Shown here in pieces: positions 9,681 to 19,724 of a DNA stretch of 64,000 nt. This DNA comes from Butyricicoccus sp. (GTDB lineage: Bacteria > Bacillota > Clostridia > Oscillospirales > Butyricicoccaceae). Location: the NCBI GenBank assembly GCA_051887235.1, contig JBJEZE010000112.1:10146-74145 (forward strand), written 5' to 3'. Both the position numbers and the translations under genes were made by a program. The notes under the pieces were generated by a model, which ran no database searches, had not been told where the DNA came from, and saw nothing but the letters and a program-made list of their open reading frames with translations. How positions within the stretch are numbered: the stretch's first letter is position 1; every line of letters begins with the position of its first letter.

Positions 9681-11396
9681 TTATTGTTCCAGAATATCGT
9701 GAAGCGGCGGAAGCGGAAGCCACACGCGTATGGTCGTTCCCACTCCCAGTTCGCTCTTAATCTCCACCCGTCCGTCGTGGTATTCCACGATGTGCTTGAC
9801 GATGGACAGGCCAAGGCCGGTGCCTCCGGTCTGCTTCGAGCGGCTCTTGTCCACGCGGTAAAAACGCTCAAACACGCGGTTAACCGAATCCTCCGGAATG
9901 CCGATTCCGTCATCGCGCACTTCGATCATCGCCTCTTCGTTTTGCTTCTGCGTGGTGACCCAGACATGGCCGCCGTATTTGTTGTACTTGATCGCGTTCT
10001 CGCTCAGGTTGTATACCAGCTCGGTCAGCATGCTCTCTTCTCCCATCACATGGCAGCAGTCGCCGCTGACAAGCAGCTCCACGCCGGCCTGTTCTGCCAC
10101 CGGTCCCAGAGAGTCCACCGCGTCGCGGCACATCTCGTTCAGCTCGATCAGCTCAAACGCCTTCGGCGCGCCTTCCTCAATGCGGGACAGGCGGATGATG
10201 TCGTTGATCAGCGCAATCAGCCGCAGCGCTTCCTTGTGAATGCGGCGCGCAAACTCAATCTGGTCCGCCTTCTGCGGAACCATGTCCAGCTCCATCATCT
10301 CGGCGTAACCGGAAATCGAGGTCAGCGGCGTCTTCAGCTCATGGGATACATTTGCGGAAAACTCCTGACGGCTTTGCTCCGCCAGACGTTCCTGCGTGAC
10401 ATCCAGAATAATGACAACCGCACCGTCCACTACGCGCAAATGGGAGACCGGGCTGGCAAACAGGCGATAAATCTTCCCCTGATAGGTCAGCTCCTGCTCC
10501 GCGTTTTCTCCCTGGAGCGCGTTGCTGATGCATTCATACCACTGCCGTGTCCGGTTGAGCAGGAGGAAGGTTCGTCCAATGTATTTTTCATCCGTCTCGC
10601 CCTTCTGCCCGGACAGCATCGCAATCGCGCTGGGATTGACGCTGGCAATACTGCGGTCGGCGGAAACGAACAGAACGCCCTCCTTCATATTGCGGGTAAT
10701 GACATCCAGCGTTTCCCGCTCCCGCTCCAGATTGCTCTTCTGCTGGTCGATCTGGTCATTCTGCTCGCGTATGTGCTGGATAAACGGCTCCAGCTCTTCG
10801 TACACCTCGGCCTGCTTCAAATTCGTAATGTGATCGGCCAGATGAACGACCGGGCGAATCAGCCATATCGTCAGGCGGCGGGATAAAATCACTGCCACGA
10901 TGGTCAGAAATACGCTGCACAGCAAAATAATCAGTACAATCTGCCCAATGACGCCGTACATATTGGAATACTCCCGCGCCAGGCGCAGAACGTTTCCATC
11001 GTTCAGACGCACCGCATAATAATACGTCTTGGCGCGAAGGGTCGCAGACTGCCGGCTGATTTCTCCCGTTCCATTTTTGATTGCGCTCTGGATCTCCGGC
11101 CGGTTCAAATGGTTCTCCATCGTTTCTGCCGAAGCCACCGTTTCGTACAATACCGTGCCTTCCGCGTCAATCAGCGTGGCACGAATATTGGGCGACAACG
11201 CGTCCAACAGCACAGAGGTCTGTTCCAAATCATTTAATTTCTGATAGCTTGTGGCAATCGTCTGTGCGGTTTCCTGCAGCGACAGTTCTATTTGCCGCAT
11301 ATGAAATCGCACCGAAAAAAAGGTGATCGTCACCGCGGCGATCATCACGCCCAAAAAACTCAGCGCACACAGCGTGCGAAACAACCGCTTTTTCAT
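9681..11396 (-). CDS. phoR: sensor histidine kinase PhoR
   Basis: NVSHELKTPLT, ERFYRVDKSRS, GGTGLGLSIVKH; next to pst operon. Confidence 0.9.
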   Translation of the reverse strand: MKKRLFRTLCALSFLGVMIAAVTITFFSVRFHMRQIELSLQETAQTIATSYQKLNDLEQTSVLLDALSPNIRATLIDAEGTVLYETVASAETMENHLNRPEIQSAIKNGTGEISRQSATLRAKTYYYAVRLNDGNVLRLAREYSNMYGVIGQIVLIILLCSVFLTIVAVILSRRLTIWLIRPVVHLADHITNLKQAEVYEELEPFIQHIREQNDQIDQQKSNLERERETLDVITRNMKEGVLFVSADRSIASVNPSAIAMLSGQKGETDEKYIGRTFLLLNRTRQWYECISNALQGENAEQELTYQGKIYRLFASPVSHLRVVDGAVVIILDVTQERLAEQSRQEFSANVSHELKTPLTSISGYAEMMELDMVPQKADQIEFARRIHKEALRLIALINDIIRLSRIEEGAPKAFELIELNEMCRDAVDSLGPVAEQAGVELLVSGDCCHVMGEESMLTELVYNLSENAIKYNKYGGHVWVTTQKQNEEAMIEVRDDGIGIPEDSVNRVFERFYRVDKSRSKQTGGTGLGLSIVKHIVEYHDGRVEIKSELGVGTTIRVWLPLPPLHDILEQ

Positions 11397-12091
11397 GCAA
11401 ACTTATATCCGACACCGCGGATCGTCTGAATCAGCGAGCCGTCGTCTCCGATTTTTTTGCGCAGGGTGTTGATGTGAATATCCACCGTTCGGGTCTCTCC
11501 GCTGTATTCAAATTCCCATACCTGGGACATCAGCTGTTCCCGCGTCAGTACGTGTCCCCGCTTCTCCATCAGCGTGCACAGCAGCAAAAATTCCTTTCGC
11601 GTCAGCTGTACCGGGTTTCCGAAGGCCGTGACCTCATGGCTTTCCTTATTGACACACACTCCGCCGCACTGCACAACCGTAAATTCATTCGAATCCTTTT
11701 CCTCCGATTTCTGGCGGTCTGTCCGACGCATAATCGCCCGAATGCGGCTCAGAAGCTCTAAAATGCCAAACGGCTTGACCATATAGTCATCAGCGCCCAA
11801 ATCCAAACCACGTACTTTATCCATCTCTTCGGATTTCGCGGTCAGCATCAGCACGGGAAGATCCTTTGTCGCCTCCTGCTCCCGCAGCTTTTTTAAAATG
11901 GACAACCCGTTTTCTCCGGGAAGCATAATGTCCAGCAGCACCATGTCGGGCTTTTCCTGTTCCATCTGCTGAAAAAATGGCTGGCTGCTCTCAAACCCCA
12001 TCGCATAGTACCCGTTTCCGGTCAATGCATATAATACCATGGAGCGTATATTTTCATCATCTTCGACGATATAAATTCGTTTTGCTTGCAT
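11393..12091 (-). CDS. phoP: OmpR-family response regulator PhoP/PhoB
   Basis: Receiver domain (LLDIMLP, GADDYMVKPF) plus winged helix; TTTACA-N5-TTTACA upstream at ~12159-12175. Confidence 0.85.
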   Translation of the reverse strand: MQAKRIYIVEDDENIRSMVLYALTGNGYYAMGFESSQPFFQQMEQEKPDMVLLDIMLPGENGLSILKKLREQEATKDLPVLMLTAKSEEMDKVRGLDLGADDYMVKPFGILELLSRIRAIMRRTDRQKSEEKDSNEFTVVQCGGVCVNKESHEVTAFGNPVQLTRKEFLLLCTLMEKRGHVLTREQLMSQVWEFEYSGETRTVDIHINTLRKKIGDDGSLIQTIRGVGYKFA

Positions 12092-12268
12092 GGGAGCTAC
12101 CTCCTTCAACATCTCATGCTTTTATTCTTTTATTATACCGCTTCCCCCTCTCCCTGCGTGTAAAATCCCTGTAAAATTTACAGAAGAACAAAGCAAAAAT
12201 CAACTGTCGCAAAAGCACTCTGAAAAGTACAAAAACCGCTCAAATCTTGCGATTCAAGCGGTTTTGAA

Positions 12269-12345
12269 TGGTACGCCCGATGCGATTCGAACGCACGGCC
12301 TTTAGAGTCGGAGTCTAACGCTCTATCCAGCTGAGCTACGGGCGC
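12269..12345 (-). tRNA. tRNA-Arg (anticodon CCG)
   Basis: GCGCCCGTAGCTCAGCTGGATAGAGCG-TTAGA-CTCCGAC-TCTAA...GTTCGAATC...GGGCGTACCA folds as a cloverleaf. Confidence 0.96.
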
Positions 12346-12563
12346 CAATCCGATACTTATTATAGCAAGTGATTTGCAATTTGTAAAGTTTTTTATAGGA
12401 AAATTTGTTTTTCCCTCTGCTCGCACGCGTCCCCAGCCAATTTCTGACCAGATTCGTCACGGATCAATCGGTCGCAAACCCGCTTTTCCTGTTTCTTCCG
12501 AAATAATCCCTGTCCAAACGGTCCATACTATCCCCAACGGCAAACGATGCAGGAGGATTCGGT

Positions 12564-13397
12564 ATGCGGGACAATGGGTTTGAAGGATGGTATTTCAAAC
12601 ATCAGAATAAGCGCAATATGGTCGCATTTATACCCGGCAGAACCAAAGACGGCGCGTTTATTCAGATGATTTCCACGAACGGCTCCCAGCAGTTCAACGT
12701 GTCGGCGTTTTCTGCAGAGAATGGAACAATACAGGCTGACCGATGCGTGTTTTCCCGTCAGGGCTGCACCATTGACCTCCCGGGAGTCTGTGGCGAGCTT
12801 ACGTATGACAACCTGACTCCGCTTCGCACGGACATCATGGGCCCGTTTCGGTTCTTTCCGATGGAGTGCCGTCACGGCGTGATCAGCATGTCGCACACGC
12901 TGCGCGGCAGTTTGACAATAAACGGTGCACGTTGCTGCTTTGACGGCGGCGAGGGATATATAGAAACGGACAGCGGTACATCATTCCCCAGCTCTTATCT
13001 CTGGCTGCAATGCAACAGCTTTTCGGAGCCGTGCTCCGTTATGGCGTCGATTGCACACATTCCGTTTTATGGGATGCATTTCAAAGGGTGTATCTGTGCC
13101 ATTATATACCGCGGTCAGGAATACCGGCTTGCGACCTACCGTGGCGTGCGGATTCATGCGGCCGAAGCCGAACACCTTCGCCTGTCTCAAGGACACCTGC
13201 TGCTGGAAGTTGACATCCGGCCTTCCTCCACCAGCTATCCGCTTCGCTCTCCTGTGCACGGCGTCATGTCCGGCACCATTCACGAAAGCAACAACGCAGC
13301 GATCCGTGTACGGCTATGGGCACATGGAAAACAGGTATTCGACCTGCACAGCAGCTATGCAGCGTACGAATTTGTTCCTCCTGCGCCAACAAATTGA
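12564..13397 (+). CDS. tocopherol cyclase-like family protein
   Basis: FEGWYFKH, IMGPF, MECRHGVISM, GYIETDSGTSFP..YLWLQCN. Confidence 0.75.
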   Translation: MRDNGFEGWYFKHQNKRNMVAFIPGRTKDGAFIQMISTNGSQQFNVSAFSAENGTIQADRCVFSRQGCTIDLPGVCGELTYDNLTPLRTDIMGPFRFFPMECRHGVISMSHTLRGSLTINGARCCFDGGEGYIETDSGTSFPSSYLWLQCNSFSEPCSVMASIAHIPFYGMHFKGCICAIIYRGQEYRLATYRGVRIHAAEAEHLRLSQGHLLLEVDIRPSSTSYPLRSPVHGVMSGTIHESNNAAIRVRLWAHGKQVFDLHSSYAAYEFVPPAPTN

Positions 13398-13416
13398 CGC
13401 CGTCTCTCCAAACAGC

Positions 13417-13462
13417 AAAACGCCTTCTGCGTTCGGCAATGAACCGTTCAGAAGGCGTTTTC
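13417..13462. terminator. bidirectional terminator
   Basis: AAAACGCCTTCTG...CAGAAGGCGTTTT between convergent genes. Confidence 0.7.
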
Positions 13463-13507
13463 TGCTTTTCCCTGTTCGGATCTCAAACAGCGAAACGATG
13501 ATCGCAC

Positions 13508-14791
13508 TTACTTTTCGTACTCAAATTCCATCTCGCCCATGACAACGAAGTCACCGTCCTGCACACCCATGTCCTCCAAGCGCTGGAAGACGCCGGCGGC
13601 GCGCAGCTTGCGATCCAGATACATCCGCGATTCGTAATCGTCAAAGTTCACCGAGCCGCACAGACGGTCGATCCATGCACCCTCGACAACATAATAATCA
13701 TCCACCTTGCGGATCTCGATGTCCTCCTCAGTGACCGGCTTTTCCACCGTCTCCATGACGAATTCCGGCTCGTAAACCGTGACCGGCGGCAGCTGCTCCA
13801 GTGCGTGCCAAGTCTGGTTCATCAGTTCGCGCACGCCCTGACTGGTCGCGGCGGACATCTCCGCATACGCAAAGCCGTGCTCATCCGCCCACGCACGGAT
13901 GCGCTCCAGCGGCTCGCGGTCCTCGCCCAACAGATCAATTTTGTTGGCGACCACAATCTGAGGACGCTTTTCCAAATCCAGCGAATACTTGGACAGCTCG
14001 TTATTGATCTTGTCCAGATCCTCCACCGGATCGCGGTATTCGCTTCCGGCGGCGTCCACGATATGCAGCAGCAGACGGCAGCGGTCGATATGACGCAGGA
14101 AGTCGTGACCCAGGCCAGCGCCCTCGGACGCACCTTCGATAATGCCCGGGATGTCCGCCATGACAAAGGATTCGCCCTCACCGATGGACACGACACCCAG
14201 ATTGGGAACCAGCGTGGTAAAGTGATAGTTGGCAATCTTCGGGCGGGCCGCCGACGCCATGGACAACAGCGTGGACTTGCCCACGTTCGGGAAACCAACC
14301 AGTCCGACATCCGCCAGCAGCTTCAGCTCCAGCTGAACCTCCAGCTCCTGCCCGGGAAGGCCGGGCTTGGCAAAGCGAGGGGTCTGACGGGTCGGTGTGG
14401 CAAAATGGACGTTTCCCCAGCCGCCGTTGCCGCCCTTTGCAGCAACAAACGGCTCCTTGTCCGACATATCCTTGATAATCTGGCCGGTCTGCGCATCGCG
14501 GATGATCGTGCCGCGCGGCACACGGATCGTCAGACTCTTGCCGTCCTTGCCGAAGCAGCGCTTGCTTCCGCCCGGCTCACCCGGCTCTGCGGTGTACTTG
14601 CGCTTATAGCGGAAATCCATCAGCGTGGACATGTTGTCGTCCACCTGAAAGATAATCGAACCGCCTCGTCCGCCGTCGCCTCCGTCCGGTCCTCCGGAAG
14701 CGATGTATTTTTCCCGGTGGAACGAGACCTTGCCGTCGCCGCCCTTGCCGGCCTTGATGAAAATTTTTGCGGTATCAATAAACTGTGGCAT
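13508..14791 (-). CDS. obgE: GTPase ObgE/CgtA
   Basis: Gly-rich Obg domain, GFPNVGKST, DIPG, NKID. Confidence 0.97.
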   Translation of the reverse strand: MPQFIDTAKIFIKAGKGGDGKVSFHREKYIASGGPDGGDGGRGGSIIFQVDDNMSTLMDFRYKRKYTAEPGEPGGSKRCFGKDGKSLTIRVPRGTIIRDAQTGQIIKDMSDKEPFVAAKGGNGGWGNVHFATPTRQTPRFAKPGLPGQELEVQLELKLLADVGLVGFPNVGKSTLLSMASAARPKIANYHFTTLVPNLGVVSIGEGESFVMADIPGIIEGASEGAGLGHDFLRHIDRCRLLLHIVDAAGSEYRDPVEDLDKINNELSKYSLDLEKRPQIVVANKIDLLGEDREPLERIRAWADEHGFAYAEMSAATSQGVRELMNQTWHALEQLPPVTVYEPEFVMETVEKPVTEEDIEIRKVDDYYVVEGAWIDRLCGSVNFDDYESRMYLDRKLRAAGVFQRLEDMGVQDGDFVVMGEMEFEYEK

Positions 14792-14883
14792 ATTTTTCTC
14801 CTTTCCCGGAGCGATTTCATTCGGAAAAAAAGCACCTCAGACGATATGTCCAAGGTGCCTCTTTTGCATCAAAGAAACTAGTC

Positions 14884-15168
14884 TTACTGCTCGATTTCGT
14901 AAACAGAAACCTTCTTGCGGTCACGGCCCATGCGCTCGAAACGAACAACACCGCTAACCTTTGCAAAAAGAGTATCGTCCTTACCGATGCCGACATTCGT
15001 GCCCGGATGGATGTGGGTGCCGCGCTGACGAACGAGAATGTTGCCAGCCGGTACAACCTGACCGTCTGCACGCTTAACGCCGAGACGCTTGGACTCGGAA
15101 TCACGACCGTTCTTGGTAGAACCTACGCCCTTTTTATGAGCGAAAAACTGTAAGCTGATCTGAAGCAT
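14884..15168 (-). CDS. rpmA: 50S ribosomal protein L27 with Prp-cleaved N-terminal extension
   Basis: [24 protein letters not shown]. Confidence 0.97.
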   Translation of the reverse strand: MLQISLQFFAHKKGVGSTKNGRDSESKRLGVKRADGQVVPAGNILVRQRGTHIHPGTNVGIGKDDTLFAKVSGVVRFERMGRDRKKVSVYEIEQ

Positions 15169-15171
15169 GAC

Positions 15172-15501
15172 TTACACCTCCATTACTTCGATAAAATCCG
15201 GATACCTGACTCCCAAATTGATGTAATACACCATGAGAGCACTCATTGCGTTCTGGGCCTGAAGGGCATCCTGCTCGTCCATGTTGTCCGGAAGAGCCAG
15301 AAGGATTCGTCCGTTTTCCTCTTCCACCTCGGTTCGGAGCTCCAATCCGAGAATGTCCGACAGAAAACAGCTCGTCAGATCCAGCGCGCTGGAAATGGCT
15401 GCACAGACGATGTCCGCTCCCGCCTCCGCATATCCTGCGTGACCGGATACCTCCACCGACTGAATGCAGCTGCCTGTTGTGGAAAAACGGGCTGTGGTCA
15501 T
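15172..15501 (-). CDS. prp: ribosomal-processing cysteine protease Prp
   Basis: SGHAGY...DIVCAAIS; between rplU and rpmA. Confidence 0.92.
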   Translation of the reverse strand: MTTARFSTTGSCIQSVEVSGHAGYAEAGADIVCAAISSALDLTSCFLSDILGLELRTEVEEENGRILLALPDNMDEQDALQAQNAMSALMVYYINLGVRYPDFIEVMEV

Positions 15502-15503
15502 CG

Positions 15504-15815
15504 TTACGCGTTGATTGCGTTGATGGTTACCTTGGTGTAGGGCTGTCTGTGACCCTGCTTGCGGCGGTAACCCTTCTTCGGCTTCATCTTGTAAACCAGA
15601 ACCTTCTTCTGCTTGCCGGTCTTCTCAACCGTAGCGGAAACGGTAGCGCCCTCGACGTACGGAGCACCAACCTTCAGCTCGGCACCTTCGCCAACAGCCA
15701 GAACCTTGTCGAACGTAACGGAAGAGCCGTCCTCAACGCCGAGCTTCTCAACGTAGATAACGTCGCCTTCAGATACCTTGTACTGCTTGCCACCGGTTAC
15801 AACAATTGCATACAT
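15504..15815 (-). CDS. rplU: 50S ribosomal protein L21
   Basis: [14 protein letters not shown]...GHRQPYT. Confidence 0.97.
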   Translation of the reverse strand: MYAIVVTGGKQYKVSEGDVIYVEKLGVEDGSSVTFDKVLAVGEGAELKVGAPYVEGATVSATVEKTGKQKKVLVYKMKPKKGYRRKQGHRQPYTKVTINAINA

Positions 15816-15834
15816 TGCGGTAGCACCTCTCTTT

Positions 15835-15910
15835 CTTTGATAGAGTCACGCTATTGCGGGCGCTGCCTGATTTCAGGCATACTTGGAAAACCCGGTCTAT
15901 GCGGCTTGTA
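15835..15910 (-). ncRNA. probable L21 leader RNA
   Basis: Structured 5' UTR between a TTGACA-17-TAACAT promoter (15913-15941) and rplU. Confidence 0.45.
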
Positions 15911-15994
15911 TTATGTTACCATATGATGCGGGCTATGTCAATGAAAATCCGGTTGATTTTTTTCATAAATCCCCCGTTTTTTCGAACCATTATT

Positions 15995-16705
15995 TTATTC
16001 ATCTTCTTCAACTTCAATAAATTCCGCATCAATCACAGCATTCTTTTTTTTATCGGAATCGACTGAAAAATCATTTTTAAAAAACCATCTATATGCCCTA
16101 TTCCCAATTATTCTGGTCTCTGCAAAATCCAGACTTCCATTAATAACGGCGCCAACTCCTATAACCAGCTTTCCTAAATTGATAATGCCCGTCTCGCCAA
16201 ACTTCGTCATAAATCGAAATCCAACTTTTTGATTGATTTTTGTCAGCGTTTCACCCGGAATCTTTTTAATTAGGTTAGTAGTAACCTTTTCTCCGAACTG
16301 AATACTCGTTTTTTTAAGTAATTCATTCACGGCAACTCCCGCAAGACATGCATACACCATCGTCTGAACTTGATCACTCTTGATGTCATATCCTGCTAAA
16401 TATGCCGTACAAGCAATCATTCTCATCTGAACATATAATACACTTCCAATATTAGCAGGAATTGCAACCGGTAAGGTAATAATCCCACCGAAGCCGGTAA
16501 TAAATCCAGAAGTTGCACATTTAATAATCTGGTTTTTTATCATCATCTTTGCCGCTTCTGACTTTTCGGAATGTTTTTCTAAATAGTCATTGGCAAATTC
16601 ATCAATCGATGGACTTACATGCCCAATACCATCAATTACTTTCTGATAACAGGCATCTAACATGTCCATAATTTCAGATTCAGTAAGAACCTTTCTTTTT
16701 GCCAT
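15995..16705 (-). CDS. EcsC family protein (AT-rich gene)
   Basis: GFITGFGGIITLPVAIPANIGSVLYVQMRMIA; INQKVGFR..TKFG. Confidence 0.8.
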   Translation of the reverse strand: MAKRKVLTESEIMDMLDACYQKVIDGIGHVSPSIDEFANDYLEKHSEKSEAAKMMIKNQIIKCATSGFITGFGGIITLPVAIPANIGSVLYVQMRMIACTAYLAGYDIKSDQVQTMVYACLAGVAVNELLKKTSIQFGEKVTTNLIKKIPGETLTKINQKVGFRFMTKFGETGIINLGKLVIGVGAVINGSLDFAETRIIGNRAYRWFFKNDFSVDSDKKKNAVIDAEFIEVEEDE

Positions 16706-16711
16706 ATTTAT

Positions 16712-17572
16712 TTAGTCCGCGATGCCGTGCTGTACCTTCGCCGCCTTGAGCGTGTTCTTCATCAGCATGGTGATGGTCATCGGGCCGACGCCGCCCGGAA
16801 CCGGGGTCAGGTATCCGGCCTTCTCGTTGACCTCGTCAAACTTGACGTCGCCGCACAGCTTGTTGTTCTCATCGCGGTTCATGCCGACGTCGATGACGGC
16901 CGCACCTTCCTTGACCATGTCCGCCGTGACAAAATTTGCCTTGCCGACCGCTGCGACCAGAATGTCTGCCTGCGCACAGACTTCCTTCAGGTTCTTCGTG
17001 CGGGAATGGCAGATGGTCACGGTGCCGTTGCGGTGCAGCAGCAGCATCGCCATCGGCTTGCCGACGATGTTGGAGCGGCCGATCACGACACACTGCTTGC
17101 CGTTCGGATCAATGCCGTACTCGTCCAGAATCTCCATGACGCCCGCCGGGGTACACGGCTTGAAATCAAAGTTGCCGACCATGATCTTGCCGACATTGAT
17201 CGGATGGAACGCATCGACGTCCTTGCTCGGATCAATCGCATCAATGACCGCCTGCTCGCTGATGTGTTTGGGAACCGGCATCTGGCACAGGATGCCGCTG
17301 ATGTTCGGATCCTGATTCAGCTTTGCAATCAGCTCCAGCAGCTCCTCCTGCGTGGTCTGCTCCGGCAGAGCATATTTTTCGGAATAAATACCGCACTCCT
17401 CGCACGCGCGCTCCTTGTTGCGGACATAGATCTGGCTGGCCGGATCTTCGCCGACAATGATGACCGCCAGGCCCGGACGGATGCCGCTCTCCTTGAGCTT
17501 GTTGACCTCGTCCAGAATGCTTCCGCGCACCTTTGCGGATACCATCTTACCATCCATTCTTACTGCACTCAT
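16712..17572 (-). CDS. folD: methylenetetrahydrofolate dehydrogenase/cyclohydrolase
   Basis: KDVDAFHP, PCTPAG, GRSNIVGKP, TPVPGGVGPMT. Confidence 0.97.
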   Translation of the reverse strand: MSAVRMDGKMVSAKVRGSILDEVNKLKESGIRPGLAVIIVGEDPASQIYVRNKERACEECGIYSEKYALPEQTTQEELLELIAKLNQDPNISGILCQMPVPKHISEQAVIDAIDPSKDVDAFHPINVGKIMVGNFDFKPCTPAGVMEILDEYGIDPNGKQCVVIGRSNIVGKPMAMLLLHRNGTVTICHSRTKNLKEVCAQADILVAAVGKANFVTADMVKEGAAVIDVGMNRDENNKLCGDVKFDEVNEKAGYLTPVPGGVGPMTITMLMKNTLKAAKVQHGIAD

Positions 17573-17602
17573 GTGTGTAACCTCCATATGTTTTTGAAAT
17601 AG

Positions 17603-18460
17603 TTATTCTTTTGTTGTATCGTCCGCGCGATGCAGCTCGCTCACCGGACGCAGAAACGGCTTGATGCGATTCCCGACAAACAGAATCAGTCCGATCAGGA
17701 AGGACAGCAGCGCCACCATCTGCGATACGCGCAGCGCGGTTCCCGGAATGTACAGGCTGTCCGTGCGCAGCCCTTCGATGAAAAAGCGTCCCAGTCCATA
17801 CCAGATAAAATAACACAGGATCAGTTCGCCGCGATACATGTGCTTTCTGCTCTTGGAAAAACAATGCAGCACGACGATGCCCAATGCATTCCATGCAGAT
17901 TCATAGAAAAAGGTCGGATGATTGCCCGTCGCGCCCGCTTCCGCCAGCGTTTGGCCGATGCACATGCGCCACGGCAGCGTAGTCGTACTGCCGAACGCCT
18001 CACAGTTGAAGAAGTTGCCCCAGCGGCCGATGCTCTGCCCGATCAGCAGGCCGATGCACGCCGCGTCCATCATGTCCAGCGGGTAGATTTTTTTGATTTT
18101 GCAGAACACCACGCAGGTAAGTACCGCGCCGATAATACCGCCATAAATCGCCAGACCGCCATGCCAGATCGCAATAATTTCCAGCGGATTATCCTTATAG
18201 GAATCCCACTCGAACGCCACATAATAGATACGCGCACAGACGATGCAGATGGGCAGGGCGATCAGCGCCAGATCGGTGAGATCGTCGCCGGAAACACCGA
18301 ACTGCGGCGCACGCTTCGAGGTGTACAGCACCGCCAAAAAGAATCCGGCAATAATAATGATGCCATACCAATACACCGGCTTGGAGCCAAGATGAAACGC
18401 CACACTGGAAAAATGCAGCTCCAGCCCCAATCCCGGGAACGAAACCAGATTATCCATCAT
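17603..18460 (-). CDS. lgt: prolipoprotein diacylglyceryl transferase
   Basis: GGLAIYGG, GRWGNFFNCE, HPTFFYES. Confidence 0.95.
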   Translation of the reverse strand: MMDNLVSFPGLGLELHFSSVAFHLGSKPVYWYGIIIIAGFFLAVLYTSKRAPQFGVSGDDLTDLALIALPICIVCARIYYVAFEWDSYKDNPLEIIAIWHGGLAIYGGIIGAVLTCVVFCKIKKIYPLDMMDAACIGLLIGQSIGRWGNFFNCEAFGSTTTLPWRMCIGQTLAEAGATGNHPTFFYESAWNALGIVVLHCFSKSRKHMYRGELILCYFIWYGLGRFFIEGLRTDSLYIPGTALRVSQMVALLSFLIGLILFVGNRIKPFLRPVSELHRADDTTKE

Positions 18461-19724
18461 TTTGCTCCTGTTCCATCGGCAGAATGGTCATCTGCGCGCT
18501 GCGGCCGTCCTTTGCCCATTCGCGGTACCGCTGGTTGACATCCTCCGGCTTGACCGTGTGCAGAATCTCATAAAAATCAAAACAGCTGCGTCCGGCGAAC
18601 ACCGCGTCCGCCTGCATCCGGCACACGCTGGCCGGATCATCCGTCGCGCGCAGCTTGAGACCGAGCATCTGACGGCGGATGCGTTCAAACAAAGCCTCGT
18701 CCACGCCCTGTTCGGCGTTTTTGCGAATCTCACGCATCAGCACGCCGCAAACCGCATCCGGATCGCTGGTCTCTCCGTTGAACAGCGCGCACGCACCCTG
18801 CGGAAAGGTGAAGTAATCCGGGTCAAACGTACGGTCGATCAGCTGCCGCTGGTATAACTCCTCGTACACCGGCGCGGAATCGCTGCAAACGCACCGCACA
18901 GCGAGCTCTCCGACGAGCTGACGGTACAGCAGATCCTCTGCCGGGGTGTCTTTCAGTCCTAACATATATAAAGGGCGGGACACCGCCATGTTGCGGACCT
19001 GTTTGGCTGCCGCAGCCCGCTCCCCTTCCTCACCGTAGGAGCGGCTGGCGATCTGTGCGGACTGCTTCGGGGTGAGGCGCTCCGCCATCGCGCACACGCG
19101 GTCAAAGTCACAGGTTCCGCAAATGACCAGCGCCAGATTGGACGGCGAATAAAACGCCCGATGGCACAGATTCAGCAGCGCCGGATCAATCGGTGCGATG
19201 GTCTGCTTGCTTCCGGCGATCGAAATGCGGACGGTATGGTTGGCATACAGCCCCTGCAGGACGCCAACGTACGCCTGCCAGCTGGGCGTGTCGTCCAGCA
19301 TGCTGATCTCCTGCCCGATGATCCCCTTTTCCTTCGCCACGTTCTCGTCCGTGAAGTACGGCGTGGTGACAAAGTGCAGCAGGATCTCCAGATTCTCCTC
19401 AAACCGTTCGGTGGACGTGAAATGATACGCCGTCATGGTGTGGCTCGTGAAGGCATTGGGCTGTGCGCCCAGTGCGGTGAATTTTTGCAGGGCGTTTCCG
19501 TCCTCTTCCTCAAACATCTTGTGCTCCAGGAAATGCGCGACGCCCGGCGTGACCGTGTACTGTTCGCCGTCCAAAGTAAAGCAGCAGTCAATGGAGCCAA
19601 AATCCGCTGCCAGCAGCGCAAACGTTTTCTCAAATCCCTCTTTGGGAATATAGCTGATGCGCAGTCCGTTGGGCAGAACCGCCGAACGGATCTCCTCATT
19701 CAGCGCAGGATAGGTCTGAATCAT
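18450..19724 (-). CDS. M16 family metallopeptidase (YmfH-like)
   Basis: GVAHFLEHKMFE (HxxEH), NAFTS. Confidence 0.9.
   Translation of the reverse strand: MIQTYPALNEEIRSAVLPNGLRISYIPKEGFEKTFALLAADFGSIDCCFTLDGEQYTVTPGVAHFLEHKMFEEEDGNALQKFTALGAQPNAFTSHTMTAYHFTSTERFEENLEILLHFVTTPYFTDENVAKEKGIIGQEISMLDDTPSWQAYVGVLQGLYANHTVRISIAGSKQTIAPIDPALLNLCHRAFYSPSNLALVICGTCDFDRVCAMAERLTPKQSAQIASRSYGEEGERAAAAKQVRNMAVSRPLYMLGLKDTPAEDLLYRQLVGELAVRCVCSDSAPVYEELYQRQLIDRTFDPDYFTFPQGACALFNGETSDPDAVCGVLMREIRKNAEQGVDEALFERIRRQMLGLKLRATDDPASVCRMQADAVFAGRSCFDFYEILHTVKPEDVNQRYREWAKDGRSAQMTILPMEQEQNDG

Noticed and set aside
12180-13400. Integrative element at tRNA-Arg
   Set aside because: No integrase and no duplicated tRNA 3' end were seen; the 3' side leads straight into phoP.
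14884-15815. L27 N-terminal extension with adjacent protease
   Set aside because: This is the well-known rplU-prp-rpmA arrangement of Bacillota and is not novel.
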